DNA of 64,000 nucleotides from Sphaerochaetaceae bacterium (GTDB taxonomy: Bacteria; Spirochaetota; Spirochaetia; Sphaerochaetales; Sphaerochaetaceae), in NCBI GenBank assembly GCA_963678555.2, contig OY782871.2, positions 24,432-88,431 of the forward strand, written 5' to 3'. Below the pieces are notes generated by a model. It was not told where the DNA came from, did not search any database, and saw only the letters and a list, made by a program, of their open reading frames with translations. Positions 54,498 to 64,000 of the stretch are shown piece by piece; the stretch's first letter is position 1, and every line of letters begins with the position of its first letter. The translations under genes and the position numbers were made by a program.

Positions 54498-55131
54498 CCA
54501 GATATCGGGTTCTCACTCGTTTTTCCAATGCTTCCAATAATAGATCTGTGATGATCGCGAACAGTGCGATCAGAAGACTTCCTGCGATCGTCATCTCGGG
54601 GAAGTTTGTGGATATCCCCCTCCAGATGGCCCTTCCCAGACCGCCGGCACCGATGAAGGAGGCGATGCCCCCCAGGGCAATGGTCATGACCACCATCGTT
54701 CGGAAACCGCTGAAGATGATCGGGAGGGCCAGGGGGAACCTGACAGTCCACAGGAGCTGCCAGCGGGTGGTTCCCATGCCCAATGCAGATTCCAGGACAT
54801 CAGGATCCACCTCTTTCAGACCCGTGTAGGTGTTACGTATCATGGGCAGCAGTCCGTACAGGACGATGGCTATGACCGCACTTTTCAGCCCGATGCCCGA
54901 GACCGATACCAGGATGCCGAACAGTGCGATGGATGGGATGGTATAGAGGAAACTGGTCAGGCGGAGGACAATAGAGGCCAGCAGAACATGCTTTGTCATG
55001 AAGATACCGATAGCGAGGCCGAGCAGGGTGATGATGAGTACACTGATCGCCGTGATACCGATGTGCTGAACCATCAGCTCCAGGAAAAAGGGATACCGTT
55101 CATAATAGAGCAGGGCTATACGTCGTATCAT
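54484..55131 (-). CDS. ABC transporter permease (BPD_transp_1, osmoprotectant type)
   Basis: GGAGGAGAAGGG lies upstream of ATG 55131 (MIRRIALLYYERYPFF). 5-6 TM segments, EAA-like loop (LKEVDPDVLESALGMGTTRWQ). The track start 55359 adds 76 non-membrane residues. Confidence 0.85.
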   Translation of the reverse strand: MIRRIALLYYERYPFFLELMVQHIGITAISVLIITLLGLAIGIFMTKHVLLASIVLRLTSFLYTIPSIALFGILVSVSGIGLKSAVIAIVLYGLLPMIRNTYTGLKEVDPDVLESALGMGTTRWQLLWTVRFPLALPIIFSGFRTMVVMTIALGGIASFIGAGGLGRAIWRGISTNFPEMTIAGSLLIALFAIITDLLLEALEKRVRTRYLGEEE

Positions 55132-55445
55132 GCTCTGTCCCTTCTCCTCCTGTTCCTCATTACCGTTGTCGACAGTCTCCGCCCGGTTCACCGGTCCCGG
55201 CTCTGATCCGATATGCCGTACAGAGAGCGAACCCTGTCCGCTTCTGCCTGTTACATATGACACTGTTGACAATACCAGACTTCTACCCGTTGCTACAACA
55301 GGATCTGAAGGAAAAAATGAAACTGTTTCAGATTGTAAGGAGAGGGGAGAGCCAATCACCGTTCCTCTGCCGTGCTCCTTTCAGGCAGATGTACTCTGCC
55401 TGCAGTGAAGCTGAGGGCGGCTTCCTCTGTGCCAGGGACAGCAGC

Positions 55446-55465
55446 GGGGACTCACATGAGTCCCC
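55446..55465 (-). terminator. Hairpin after the BMP-transporter operon
   Basis: GGGGACTC-ACAT-GAGTCCCC, a perfect 8-bp GC-rich stem, 7 nt downstream of the permease stop. No T-tract. Confidence 0.4.
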
Positions 55466-55471
55466 AGAGAC

Positions 55472-56425
55472 CTATTCGTACACGTTCCCGAGAGCTCTCG
55501 GTGCCTTGGTTTTCGAGGAGAAGAAGAGGAGGAGCAATAGGGTGACAATATAGGGCAGGGTGAGTACAAGGTCGCCGTAGGAGGATGGCAGTTCAAGCTT
55601 CTGGACGAGGACATAGCCGGCACTGCGTGCGAAGCCGAACAGGATACACGCGAGGAAGGTCCTGCCGATTTTCCAGGACCCGAAGATCAGGGCGGCGATG
55701 GCAAGGTATCCGAACCCCATATAGATATTGGGAGAGAAGGTCGTTGAGATGGAGTAGGCAAAGCTCATACCCCCGAGACCTGCCATGGCGCCGCTGACGA
55801 GGACGGAGATGAACCGGATCCTCACTACGTTTCCACCGGCTGCCGCTACCGCGTGCGGGTTATCACCTGCGGCACGGACATGCATGCCGAAGGGGGTCTT
55901 GTAGAGGATGTAGGTCATGATTAACGCTACCACGATAGTAATCGGGACGAAGGTATACAGGTCGGTGAAGAATGCACCGAGAAGGGGGATATCCGAGAGG
56001 AGAGGTACGGTGACCCGGGGGAAGATCTCCAGGAGAAATTTGTTGGAAGGATGGCCGAACACCGTGGCATTGATCTGGTTGGCAAGGAATGCCGTCAGGG
56101 CCACGCTGAGCATGTTGATCACCACACCGCTGATCACCTGATTCGCCTTGAATTTGATACACATCAGTGCATGAACCGCGGCAAGGAGCGATCCCCCGAG
56201 CATGGCGAATACCAGTGACAGATAGATGATCAGGACCGGGTTCCCCGGTATCATGCTGGTGAGAAGCGCAAAGCTCAGCCCTCCGGTGAAGGCTCCGAAC
56301 CCCAGAAGTCCTTCAAGGGCAAGGTTGATGACCCCGCTGCCCTCACTGTAGATTCCTCCGATCGCGATGATGAACAGAGGAATTGAGAATGCTATTCCTT
56401 CTATGATGATGCTTTCCATACTCAC
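55472..56425 (-). CDS. ABC transporter permease (BMP/nucleoside family, second permease)
   Basis: 317 aa, about 8-9 TM segments, BPD_transp_2-like. Overlaps the upstream permease by 4 nt. Confidence 0.85.
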   Translation of the reverse strand: MSMESIIIEGIAFSIPLFIIAIGGIYSEGSGVINLALEGLLGFGAFTGGLSFALLTSMIPGNPVLIIYLSLVFAMLGGSLLAAVHALMCIKFKANQVISGVVINMLSVALTAFLANQINATVFGHPSNKFLLEIFPRVTVPLLSDIPLLGAFFTDLYTFVPITIVVALIMTYILYKTPFGMHVRAAGDNPHAVAAAGGNVVRIRFISVLVSGAMAGLGGMSFAYSISTTFSPNIYMGFGYLAIAALIFGSWKIGRTFLACILFGFARSAGYVLVQKLELPSSYGDLVLTLPYIVTLLLLLFFSSKTKAPRALGNVYE

Positions 56426-57549
56426 ACCTCCTCGGCTTCACGGGCGTACCGGTTTGCCAGAGCCCGGAAGAACATTCCGATTGCACTGAACAGCAGCAGG
56501 ATACTGGTGATCAGTGCAGCGATCTCCCGGAGGACCTGCATTCTTGAAGACATGTAGGTCGTACCTGAGTCAAAAATCATGACAAGCAGGGAAGCGAAGA
56601 AGCTTCCGATGGCTGTGGCGTTTCCCAGAAGGGCGACCGCTATGGAATCGAAGCCGAGTGAGGGAAGTACTCTCGGCTGGATCGATGCATTGCTTCCCAG
56701 ATAGTAGGTGACCCCGGCCAGACCTGCCAGTGCACCGCTGATCAGCATCGTAGTCACCATGGTCTTGCCGACATTGATGCCCGCGTAGCTGCTCGCCCTG
56801 CTGTTGAGTCCCACCGCTTTCAGTTCGAAACCGAATCGGGTCCGGTTGATGAAGTAGCGGATCACGAAGACGGTGACCAGAGCGAGGGGGAACACCAGGT
56901 TGATCTCCATTTTCAGATTCATGACCGGGTAGTCAAACAGTGTCAGCCGTGCATTCTGTCCGACCTCGACAGACTGTCGGGTGATGGGATCGACATATCT
57001 GGTCTGAATGAAGAAGCTGACGACGTAGCTGATGATGTAGTTGAGCATGATCGCCACCACCACTTCGTTCATATTGAACCGGTGCCTGAGATAGCCGATC
57101 AGTGTCCCGACCATTCCTCCTGCCGCAATGCCGATCAGCAGGACCAGAGGTTTGGCGATGACGGGAGGAAGGGAAGAGTATCCGACGAGGATTGTTGCAA
57201 GAAAACCGGAGAAGACCATGATGCCCGAGACACAGATATTGAAAATCCCCCCCTTCAGTGCGATTGCAACCGAAAGGGCTGCAAAGATCATGGGAGTCGT
57301 GTAGTTCAGCAGGCTCATGAAGTCAGTCAGCTGGCTCTTCCTGCCGGCGTACCGTGCCTTGGGGAGTATCCCCGCACCCTGAAGGATGCTGCGGTAGGCT
57401 TCCATGGGATTCTTTCCCAGCAGTGCAAGCAGTACGGCGCCTGCGAGGAGGCTGAGAAGGATGCAGAAGAGGCTTATCCTCAGCAGCTGATGCCTGCCCG
57501 GACCGCAGCAGAGTATGAACAGGCGTTTGAATACATTAGGCTTTTTCAA
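56422..57549 (-). CDS. ABC transporter permease (BMP/nucleoside family, first permease)
   Basis: 375 aa polytopic membrane protein. Overlaps the ATPase gene by 14 nt. Confidence 0.85.
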   Translation of the reverse strand: MKKPNVFKRLFILCCGPGRHQLLRISLFCILLSLLAGAVLLALLGKNPMEAYRSILQGAGILPKARYAGRKSQLTDFMSLLNYTTPMIFAALSVAIALKGGIFNICVSGIMVFSGFLATILVGYSSLPPVIAKPLVLLIGIAAGGMVGTLIGYLRHRFNMNEVVVAIMLNYIISYVVSFFIQTRYVDPITRQSVEVGQNARLTLFDYPVMNLKMEINLVFPLALVTVFVIRYFINRTRFGFELKAVGLNSRASSYAGINVGKTMVTTMLISGALAGLAGVTYYLGSNASIQPRVLPSLGFDSIAVALLGNATAIGSFFASLLVMIFDSGTTYMSSRMQVLREIAALITSILLLFSAIGMFFRALANRYAREAEEV

Positions 57550-59074
57550 CGTGGACCCCCATCATATACTCGCCGACTTCAAGCTTCGTCATCAGCGATG
57601 CCTCCTTTACCGTCTGTACCCTCCCGTTGTAGAGGACCAGAATCGTGTCAGCAAGCTCCATAATTTCTTCAAGTTCCAATGAGATGAGCAGGATCGCCTT
57701 TCCCTGCGCTCTCAGCTCGTCAATCCTCTTGTGGATCGTTTCAATCGCACCCACATCAAGGCCCCGGGTTGGCTGCACGAAGATCAGGAGGTCAGATTCA
57801 AGGTTGATCTCCCGTGCGATGATCGCCTTCTGCTGGTTCCCCCCGCTCATATTCCGTGCGAGTGTGGCAGCCCCTGAACCGCTTCGAATGTCGAACGAGG
57901 AGATAAGCTCGTGTGCCAGGGAATCCATCTTCTTCTGCTGCAGTACTCCATGAGCATCACTGTACGGTTCCCGGTAGTACTGTTTCAGGCAGAGATTTTC
58001 GCGGAGCGTGAAGTCGAGTATCATCCCCACCGAGTGTCTGTCCTCCGGGATATAGGCGAGGCCGGCCTCTATACGCTCGCGCACCGTGCTGTCTGTGATC
58101 TCCTTTCCCTTCAGTCGTATCGATCCGTCCTTGACCGGGATCAGCCCCGCGATGGCATCCGCTATGTCGACCTGACCGTTGCCTGCAACTCCTGCGATGG
58201 CCAGGACCTCTCCCCTGTGGAGGGAGAACCCTACCGAATCGACCGTGCGTACGTGATCAGGGGTCTCGACGGTGAGGCCCTCCACTCTCAGCACCTCTTC
58301 TCCCTGAGTATGCTCTGTCGTTTCGAGGGTTAAGGAGACCTCACGCCCGACCATCAGCGCGCTCATCTGCCGGGTTGAGGTGGAGGCAACGTCAAGGACA
58401 CCGGCCAGTGTCCCTTTGCAGAGGATCGCACAGCGATCGGCTATCTTCTTGATCTCATCCAGCTTGTGGGTGATGAGGATGATGGTCTTTCCGCTATCTC
58501 TGAGGGTGTTGATGATACCGAGAAGCGAGTCAATCTCCTGTGGGGTCAGGACTGCAGTCGGCTCATCAAAGATAAGAATATCCGCATTCCTGTAGAGCAT
58601 TTTAAGAATCTCAACACGCTGGCGCGTTGAGACGGGGAGGTCTTCGATGATATCTTCAGGGTCTACTTCGAGCTTGTAGTGTCTGGAGAGCTCCCGTACC
58701 TTCTGGTGTGCACCCTGCATGTCCACATAGGGAAGGAGGCCGAGGTAGCGCTTTCTGGGCTCTGATCCCATGATGATGTTCTCTGCAATACTCTGATTTT
58801 CCACCAGCATGAAGTGCTGGTGCACCATGCCGATGTTCAGGTCATTTGCAACAAGAGGACTGGAGATATGCTCCTTTTTCCCCCGTATCAGGATCTCTCC
58901 CTCATCTGGCCTCTGCATGCCGAAGAGCATGCTCATCAGTGTAGACTTGCCTGCACCGTTCTCCCCGAGTATCGTCAGGATCTCCCCCTCTCTGATGGCC
59001 AGAGAAATGTCATTGTTCGCGATGATCCCCGGAAAACGTTTGGTAACGCCTCTGAATTCAACCACGGTGTCCAC
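57536..59074 (-). CDS. ABC transporter ATP-binding protein, duplicated ATPase (sugar/nucleoside type)
   Basis: Two cassettes: GENGAGKST ... ILIFDEPT, and GVAGNGQ ... MSGGNQQKA ... LLIFVQPTRGLD. Confidence 0.9.
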   Translation of the reverse strand: MDTVVEFRGVTKRFPGIIANNDISLAIREGEILTILGENGAGKSTLMSMLFGMQRPDEGEILIRGKKEHISSPLVANDLNIGMVHQHFMLVENQSIAENIIMGSEPRKRYLGLLPYVDMQGAHQKVRELSRHYKLEVDPEDIIEDLPVSTRQRVEILKMLYRNADILIFDEPTAVLTPQEIDSLLGIINTLRDSGKTIILITHKLDEIKKIADRCAILCKGTLAGVLDVASTSTRQMSALMVGREVSLTLETTEHTQGEEVLRVEGLTVETPDHVRTVDSVGFSLHRGEVLAIAGVAGNGQVDIADAIAGLIPVKDGSIRLKGKEITDSTVRERIEAGLAYIPEDRHSVGMILDFTLRENLCLKQYYREPYSDAHGVLQQKKMDSLAHELISSFDIRSGSGAATLARNMSGGNQQKAIIAREINLESDLLIFVQPTRGLDVGAIETIHKRIDELRAQGKAILLISLELEEIMELADTILVLYNGRVQTVKEASLMTKLEVGEYMMGVHVEKA

Positions 59075-59137
59075 GGTAACCTCCCCATAAAAAAGGTACT
59101 GGACCTGAACAGATACCAGTACCTTGTACGTCCAGAA

Positions 59138-60259
59138 TCAGTGTACCTGGAATCCTTCAGGAGTGAATCCCCCGAAGTTCGAGGCAGGAACAAGCGTGCC
59201 GTCCTGAACCAGGCTGTAGGCCTCGTCGAGTGTATCCACAGTGGACGGGGTGAGCTGCTGGCGGCCGCTGGCTTTCACGAATCCGGTTGAATCAGTGTCT
59301 GCCTTCAGAAGCACGTTTGCTCCCTCGAAGGTTCCGTCCTGGATGCTGGTGAGGGCGCGATGGACATTCAGACTCATCACCTTCAGTACACTGGTGAGGA
59401 TGATGTTATCACTGCCGACCTTACCGTCATCCCACTGGTCGACATCGCAGCCGATGACCTGAAGGTCGCCGCTGCTCTCTTTTGCGGCGGTGAAGACACC
59501 ATTTCCGCTGGCTCCTGCAGCTACGAAGATGACGTCAACGCCCTGAGCGGCCAACTGCTGTCCGATCATCTTTCCTGTCGCCTCATCGGCAAACGAACCA
59601 ACATAGTTACCACCGACATTCGCACCGGTCACATCGGTACCCGACTGTGAGGCAAGCTCTACAAGCTCTACATCGGTCCCCAGTTTCTCATTGGCATAGA
59701 TCACTCCGCTCTCAAACCCGTACTGATAGTTCACGTTTGAAGGGTAGGCTACGCCGTTGACCACTGCAACCTTATCTGTTTCTGTCTCGAGTGCAGCCGC
59801 CACGCCTGCAAAGAACCCGCTTTCCTGTTCGGCAAACATCATCGCATAGACATTGGGCAGTTCCACCGTGTTTCCTGAGGCGTCGGTAGGATAGGTGTCG
59901 ACCAGGATGAATCTGGTCTCGGGGTTTTCCTTCGCCAACTCTCCGATACCGGCAAACTGAAATCCTGTACACACCAGCACATCATACTCGGCAACAACGT
60001 CTGCCGCTGTCTTCAGGGCAGCTGCAACATCTCCGCTGGGTTCACGGATTGCCGTGACCTGAGCCTCAGGGTGCTCCTCGATGAACGCGAGGATCCCGTT
60101 GTAGTTATCCTGATTGAACGATCCGTCATCCACTCCGCTCGGGGTGGTGATGATGGCGATGTTCAGTCCGGCTTCCTGAGCTGTCTGCTCCTTTGATCCT
60201 GCAGCAAACAGCATTCCCACGATCAGTACCAGTACGATACTCACAACCAGTTTTTTCAT
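59138..60259 (-). CDS. BMP family (PnrA/Med-like) ABC substrate-binding protein
   Basis: Signal peptide, then VDDGSFNQ, TGFQFA, VIGCDVDQ motifs typical of basic membrane protein / purine nucleoside receptor family. Confidence 0.9.
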   Translation of the reverse strand: MKKLVVSIVLVLIVGMLFAAGSKEQTAQEAGLNIAIITTPSGVDDGSFNQDNYNGILAFIEEHPEAQVTAIREPSGDVAAALKTAADVVAEYDVLVCTGFQFAGIGELAKENPETRFILVDTYPTDASGNTVELPNVYAMMFAEQESGFFAGVAAALETETDKVAVVNGVAYPSNVNYQYGFESGVIYANEKLGTDVELVELASQSGTDVTGANVGGNYVGSFADEATGKMIGQQLAAQGVDVIFVAAGASGNGVFTAAKESSGDLQVIGCDVDQWDDGKVGSDNIILTSVLKVMSLNVHRALTSIQDGTFEGANVLLKADTDSTGFVKASGRQQLTPSTVDTLDEAYSLVQDGTLVPASNFGGFTPEGFQVH

Positions 60260-60286
60260 ATCTTTCTCCTTTTTCGTATGTGTTAT

Positions 60287-60305
60287 TCATCATGTCTCAT
60301 GATGA
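60287..60305. other. Intercistronic palindrome between mtnA and the BMP gene
   Basis: TCATCATG-TCT-CATGATGA, a perfect 8-bp stem. Confidence 0.3.
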
Positions 60306-60318
60306 TTGGTATTCTCTC

Positions 60319-61386
60319 TCAGGATAGACTCAGATGCCTTCTGACCTTTTCAGCATCGGGTGACTCGATGATCCCGTTCTCCGTGATGATGCCCGTGATG
60401 AGAGCGGCATCGGTTACATCAAAGGCAGGATTGTAGACGTGGGCATCCTTCGGTCCCGTCTGTCTTCCGAAGCCGTGTATCACCTCTTCTCCATCGCGCA
60501 GCTCGATCTCAATGTCACTGCCGGTCGCAGTCGAAAGGTCAAAGGTGGATGTCGGCGCGGCTACATAAAACGGGATGTGGTAATACTGTGCCAGTATGGC
60601 AACACCGCTGGTGCCGATCTTGTTGGCCGTATCGCCGTTTGCCGCTATACGGTCAGCTCCGACAATAACAGCCTCTATTTTCCTCTCCTTCATGACCAAT
60701 GACACCATACTATCACAGAGTACTGTGACATCAAGGCCTCCCTTTGCAAGTTCATAGGCCGTGAGACGGCTCCCCTGCAGCAGAGGTCTTGTCTCATTCG
60801 AGTAGACCTTGAACCGGTATCCCTGTTCATGGCCCAGATACAGAGGGGCCAGAGCGGTACCGTATCCGCTGGTAGCCAGTCCTCCGGCATTGCAGTGAGT
60901 CATGATTCCCCACTCTTTTTTCTCCTTGAAGAGCGATAACCCGTGTTCTCCGATGGCTATCCCCATGGCCTGGTCTTCCGTGAAGATCAGGTTGCTTTCC
61001 TGAAGCAGTGCTTCGAGCAGGTCCTCCCGGGTGATTCCCGGTGTACTCAGCTTCGTTTTGAACGTCCGTTCCATGCGGTCCAGGGCCCAGAACAGATTGA
61101 CCGCAGTGGGTCGACTTGAAGCGAAATACGTTTTCAGGGCCTTCATATCCTGTTCCATGCTCTCCAGGGTAGGGTAACGGCCACGGGAGAGGCACACATA
61201 GATACCGTATGCGGCTGCTATGCCGATTGCCGGCGCCCCGCGTACACGTAACTTCTTGATTGCTTCGAATATCTCCTCTCTCGTATCGAGATAGAGGAAT
61301 ACCTCTTCGGTCGGCAGCTTTGTCTGATCAAGCAGTACAAGCTTATCCGGGTTCTGCTGGAGGCGGACGGGTAGAATTGTCGGCAT
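60319..61386 (-). CDS. mtnA: S-methyl-5-thioribose-1-phosphate isomerase
   Basis: LRVRGAPAIGIAAAYG, THCNAGGLATSGYGTAL, VGADRIAANGDTANKIGT. ATG 61386 (MPTILPV) is preferred over the track start 61434. Confidence 0.9.
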   Translation of the reverse strand: MPTILPVRLQQNPDKLVLLDQTKLPTEEVFLYLDTREEIFEAIKKLRVRGAPAIGIAAAYGIYVCLSRGRYPTLESMEQDMKALKTYFASSRPTAVNLFWALDRMERTFKTKLSTPGITREDLLEALLQESNLIFTEDQAMGIAIGEHGLSLFKEKKEWGIMTHCNAGGLATSGYGTALAPLYLGHEQGYRFKVYSNETRPLLQGSRLTAYELAKGGLDVTVLCDSMVSLVMKERKIEAVIVGADRIAANGDTANKIGTSGVAILAQYYHIPFYVAAPTSTFDLSTATGSDIEIELRDGEEVIHGFGRQTGPKDAHVYNPAFDVTDAALITGIITENGIIESPDAEKVRRHLSLS

Positions 61387-61400
61387 ACTATACTCCTGTT

Positions 61401-62183
61401 TTATAGATGTAGGACTGCCCTTGTGCAGTCGCACGTGTTCTGAGTCAATGGTCTGGAAGCAAACACACTGGTGATAACCTTGAGGGCAGCATGTTTGGCT
61501 TCCGAAACGTTCTTTCCGTGGTCTATCTCTGCCAGGTTCTCATGCTGTATGCCAGAGGCCATATTGGAGATAAGACCTATAGCGGAATAGCACATCCCGA
61601 GCTCCTTGGCCAGGTACATTTCGGGAAGACCAGTCATCCCTACCAGCGTGCCGCCGAGTGAGCGGAACATGGCTATCTCTGCCTTTCCTTCAAAGCGGGG
61701 ACCTTCACTACAAACGTACACTCCCTTCTCATGGATCGGTACTCCAGTCTCCTGCGCCGTCTGTATGAACAGGGAACGAAGGTTCCTGCAGTAGGGATCA
61801 CTCATATCGACATGGGCAACAGTATTGTCACTCCCGTCGAAGAACGTTCCTGTGCGCGAGGAGGTGAAATCGAGGAAGTCTTCAATAACAACGATCGAGC
61901 CTTCCTGGACCTCTGGATCCATGGAACCGCTGGTGAGCAGGGCATAGATAAAGGAAACCCCCTCCTGCTGGAGTGCTTTCATCTGTGCTCTGTAGTTGAT
62001 GGCATGAGGGGGTACGGTGTGTCCTCGTCCGTGGCGGGGAAGAAAGAGCATCTCCTCCCCTCCATGGTTGAACCGATAGGTCTCAACACCTCCGTAGGGT
62101 GTTTCAACCTGAAATGGTCCCGAGAGCTCAGCAAGAGATTCAACCCCTGTTCCTCCGATGATGGCTTTCTTACACTGATGCAT
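61401..62183 (-). CDS. mtnP: S-methyl-5'-thioadenosine phosphorylase (PNP family 2)
   Basis: IIGGTGV, FLPRHGRGHTVPPHAINYRAQMKAL, CSEGPRFEGKAEIAMFR, GMTGLPE. Confidence 0.85.
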   Translation of the reverse strand: MHQCKKAIIGGTGVESLAELSGPFQVETPYGGVETYRFNHGGEEMLFLPRHGRGHTVPPHAINYRAQMKALQQEGVSFIYALLTSGSMDPEVQEGSIVVIEDFLDFTSSRTGTFFDGSDNTVAHVDMSDPYCRNLRSLFIQTAQETGVPIHEKGVYVCSEGPRFEGKAEIAMFRSLGGTLVGMTGLPEMYLAKELGMCYSAIGLISNMASGIQHENLAEIDHGKNVSEAKHAALKVITSVFASRPLTQNTCDCTRAVLHL

Positions 62184-62193
62184 GATACGTCCT

Positions 62194-62943
62194 TTACAGA
62201 TCCGATGGCTGTGCGATGATAAGGTTCTTCAACTCCGAGGGGTCGACGGCGGCGTTCTCTGTGGTGATGACCTGATCAAAATCATCAATCTCTGCAAATA
62301 CATGATGACTGAATGCGGAGAACTTGGTGGAGTCTGCAATCAGTATACGCCTTTTTGCCCGTTGGAGAACCAGTCGATTGATGACCGAAACATCATGATC
62401 AAACGAGGCGATCCCCTGTTTCGACACAGCGCTCGCTCCGATGATACAGGTGCTGAAGTTCATCGTTCTGATCTTCTCGTACACCTCGGGACCGTGGGTT
62501 ATCCCATAGCTGTGATCGAGCACTCCGCCGATCACGATCGTCTTGATACCGTGTTCCAGCAACTTGGGAAGGTGGAATATTCCGTTCGTCACCACGGTGA
62601 TCTGTTTTCCCGCAAGGAAGGGGATGAGGTAGTCCTCTGTCGATCCGGGGCCAAGGTATACGAACTCGTTATTCTCGAGCTCTCGTGCAGCCCTGCTGCA
62701 GATCAGATACTTCTCTTCCGCGTTCACTTCGAGTCTGGCGACCACAGAGTGTTCAGCCTCTTCATTGAGTCTGACCCCGCCGCCGTTCAGCAGGATGATC
62801 TTGCCCTCTTCCTCAAGTTTCTTGAGGTCACGACGGACAGTCGGGAGAGATACTCCGGTCAATTCCAGGATATCTTCGATGTAGGCGATCTGTTTCATTC
62901 TGATGAAGGAATAGATCTGGTTCTGACGAACATAGGGAATCAT
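62194..62943 (-). CDS. DeoR/GlpR family transcriptional regulator
   Basis: N-terminal HTH (IEDILELTGVSLPTVRRDLKKLEEEGKI) plus a DeoR C-terminal sensor domain. 10 nt upstream of mtnP on the same strand. Confidence 0.9.
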   Translation of the reverse strand: MIPYVRQNQIYSFIRMKQIAYIEDILELTGVSLPTVRRDLKKLEEEGKIILLNGGGVRLNEEAEHSVVARLEVNAEEKYLICSRAARELENNEFVYLGPGSTEDYLIPFLAGKQITVVTNGIFHLPKLLEHGIKTIVIGGVLDHSYGITHGPEVYEKIRTMNFSTCIIGASAVSKQGIASFDHDVSVINRLVLQRAKRRILIADSTKFSAFSHHVFAEIDDFDQVITTENAAVDPSELKNLIIAQPSDL

Positions 62944-63032
62944 ATCAGGTGCTCCGTAGGGAATCAAAGATGACGAATGCCTTGTTCCAAAGGGGCAGCC
63001 GTACGATGGCCGCTCCTTTGGTGAACGGGCCC

Positions 63033-64000
63033 TTACTGGTAATCAGAGCCGGTCAGATAGCGGTAGAAGGCATTGTTGACGAACAGCGGTCTTTCCTGTA
63101 CGTTCAGTCCGCTGAGATCCTCCAGCGTGGTTATCAGGTTCTCCTTTGAATCGATCAGTGAGAAGGGGTGGATAGAGTATCCGTCTTCCATAAGGACACA
63201 GTCCACGATCTCCCTGTACGCCTGTGCATCGGCATTGAAGGTCGTGCTGTACAGGGGCTGCCACCAGGAGCCGCTCAGGAGGGCTACATTGCTGTCCTCG
63301 GCCTGATTTTCATCATTCTTCTTTGCGTAGGTATTGATGATGTGGTCGAACCTGAGAAGGTCTTCTTCCTTTTCAAACTCGAACTTCGCATCATACTCCA
63401 CCGCATAGGCAAGATAGAAATCTTCACTGTTCTCAAGGACCATGTAGTAGGGACTGGGCTCGGGTACAGGACCCCAGTCGAGCAGGTACTCGTAGATTGA
63501 GACCTTCGGTTCGATCTGCAGTTTTGCATTCATTCCTTCACTTGCAAGGAGGACAACCAGCTGTTTCAGATGGGTTTCGTCACTGTGTCCATACTGGATG
63601 GTCCGTGAGGGGAGGAACTGTGCATCGTCGATATCCTTTTTCAGGTTGTAGCCCGTGGAGGCTCTCCTCTGGACAGCCTCAGCACCGATCTCATCCAGGT
63701 TGTTGTCGGAGAAGAGGGTGTAGCCGTCAAAGGAGTTTGATATCCGCATGAGGATATCAGGGTCCTGAATGGTTCCCGTGTAGTTTCTGCTTACCCCGTT
63801 GGCGTTAGCGATGCTCATCAGCAGATTCGAGGCTGTTGATGCGGAAAGCCGTTGGTCACTCATGATCTGTGTGGCGGCAGAGGCAGGAAGCAGTGATGCA
63901 TCCAGGGCACATGCCAGGTACTGAGCGACATCTGAGGGGACTTCGCTGGAGATGCCGTGAAAGGCCAGGCGCTGTGCGGCCTTCTCCGGCGAGTAGGTCA
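63033..64000 (-). CDS. Hypothetical protein, C-terminal part (frame stays open to the right edge)
   Basis: The frame of the 63033-63863 ORF continues without a stop through 64000 (..TYSPEKAAQRLAFHGISSEVPSDVAQYLACALDASLL..). No motif was recognised. Confidence 0.5.
   Translation of the reverse strand, partial: TYSPEKAAQRLAFHGISSEVPSDVAQYLACALDASLLPASAATQIMSDQRLSASTASNLLMSIANANGVSRNYTGTIQDPDILMRISNSFDGYTLFSDNNLDEIGAEAVQRRASTGYNLKKDIDDAQFLPSRTIQYGHSDETHLKQLVVLLASEGMNAKLQIEPKVSIYEYLLDWGPVPEPSPYYMVLENSEDFYLAYAVEYDAKFEFEKEEDLLRFDHIINTYAKKNDENQAEDSNVALLSGSWWQPLYSTTFNADAQAYREIVDCVLMEDGYSIHPFSLIDSKENLITTLEDLSGLNVQERPLFVNNAFYRYLTGSDYQ

Overview
This 64-kb bacterial chromosomal window has three parts. 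(1) 1-9.4 kb is an IS pile-up: an edge-truncated IS1634-like transposase, a 2.4-kb IS carrying a DUF6788-like gene plus a DUF4277/DDE transposase, and a complete IS66. It is followed by comM(yifB)-dprA and a RayT-like HUH tyrosine transposase homolog. (2) 9.4-25.7 kb is a mosaic accessory region. It holds a 530-bp structured non-coding gap, an OMP and an MBG/YDG-repeat lipoprotein truncated by an IS1634-like element, and an AbiEi/AbiEii module. It also holds an IS21 (istB) remnant, an LruC-domain lipoprotein, a decayed OMP gene, and a DUF4143-ATPase plus Fic cassette bracketed by ~90-bp direct repeats. It ends with a GntR remnant and a triply inactivated IS3. (3) 25.9-50.4 kb is a Wzx/Wzy-type exopolysaccharide locus. 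It contains flippase, polymerase/ligase-like, Wzc-like, GH9, GT2, GT4 x4, GT26 and priming sugar transferase genes. It also contains a STAS / PP2C-HATPase partner-switching pair and is flanked by a degenerate GGDEF protein. After it come a DUF1566 lipoprotein, an osmoprotectant ABC transporter, a BMP/PnrA-type nucleoside ABC transporter, mtnA-mtnP and a DeoR regulator. I saw no rRNA, tRNA or CRISPR array by eye. Gene content (LruC, DUF1566, PnrA-like) is reminiscent of Spirochaetota, but that is only an impression. All family names come from motif recognition in the translations, not from database searches.
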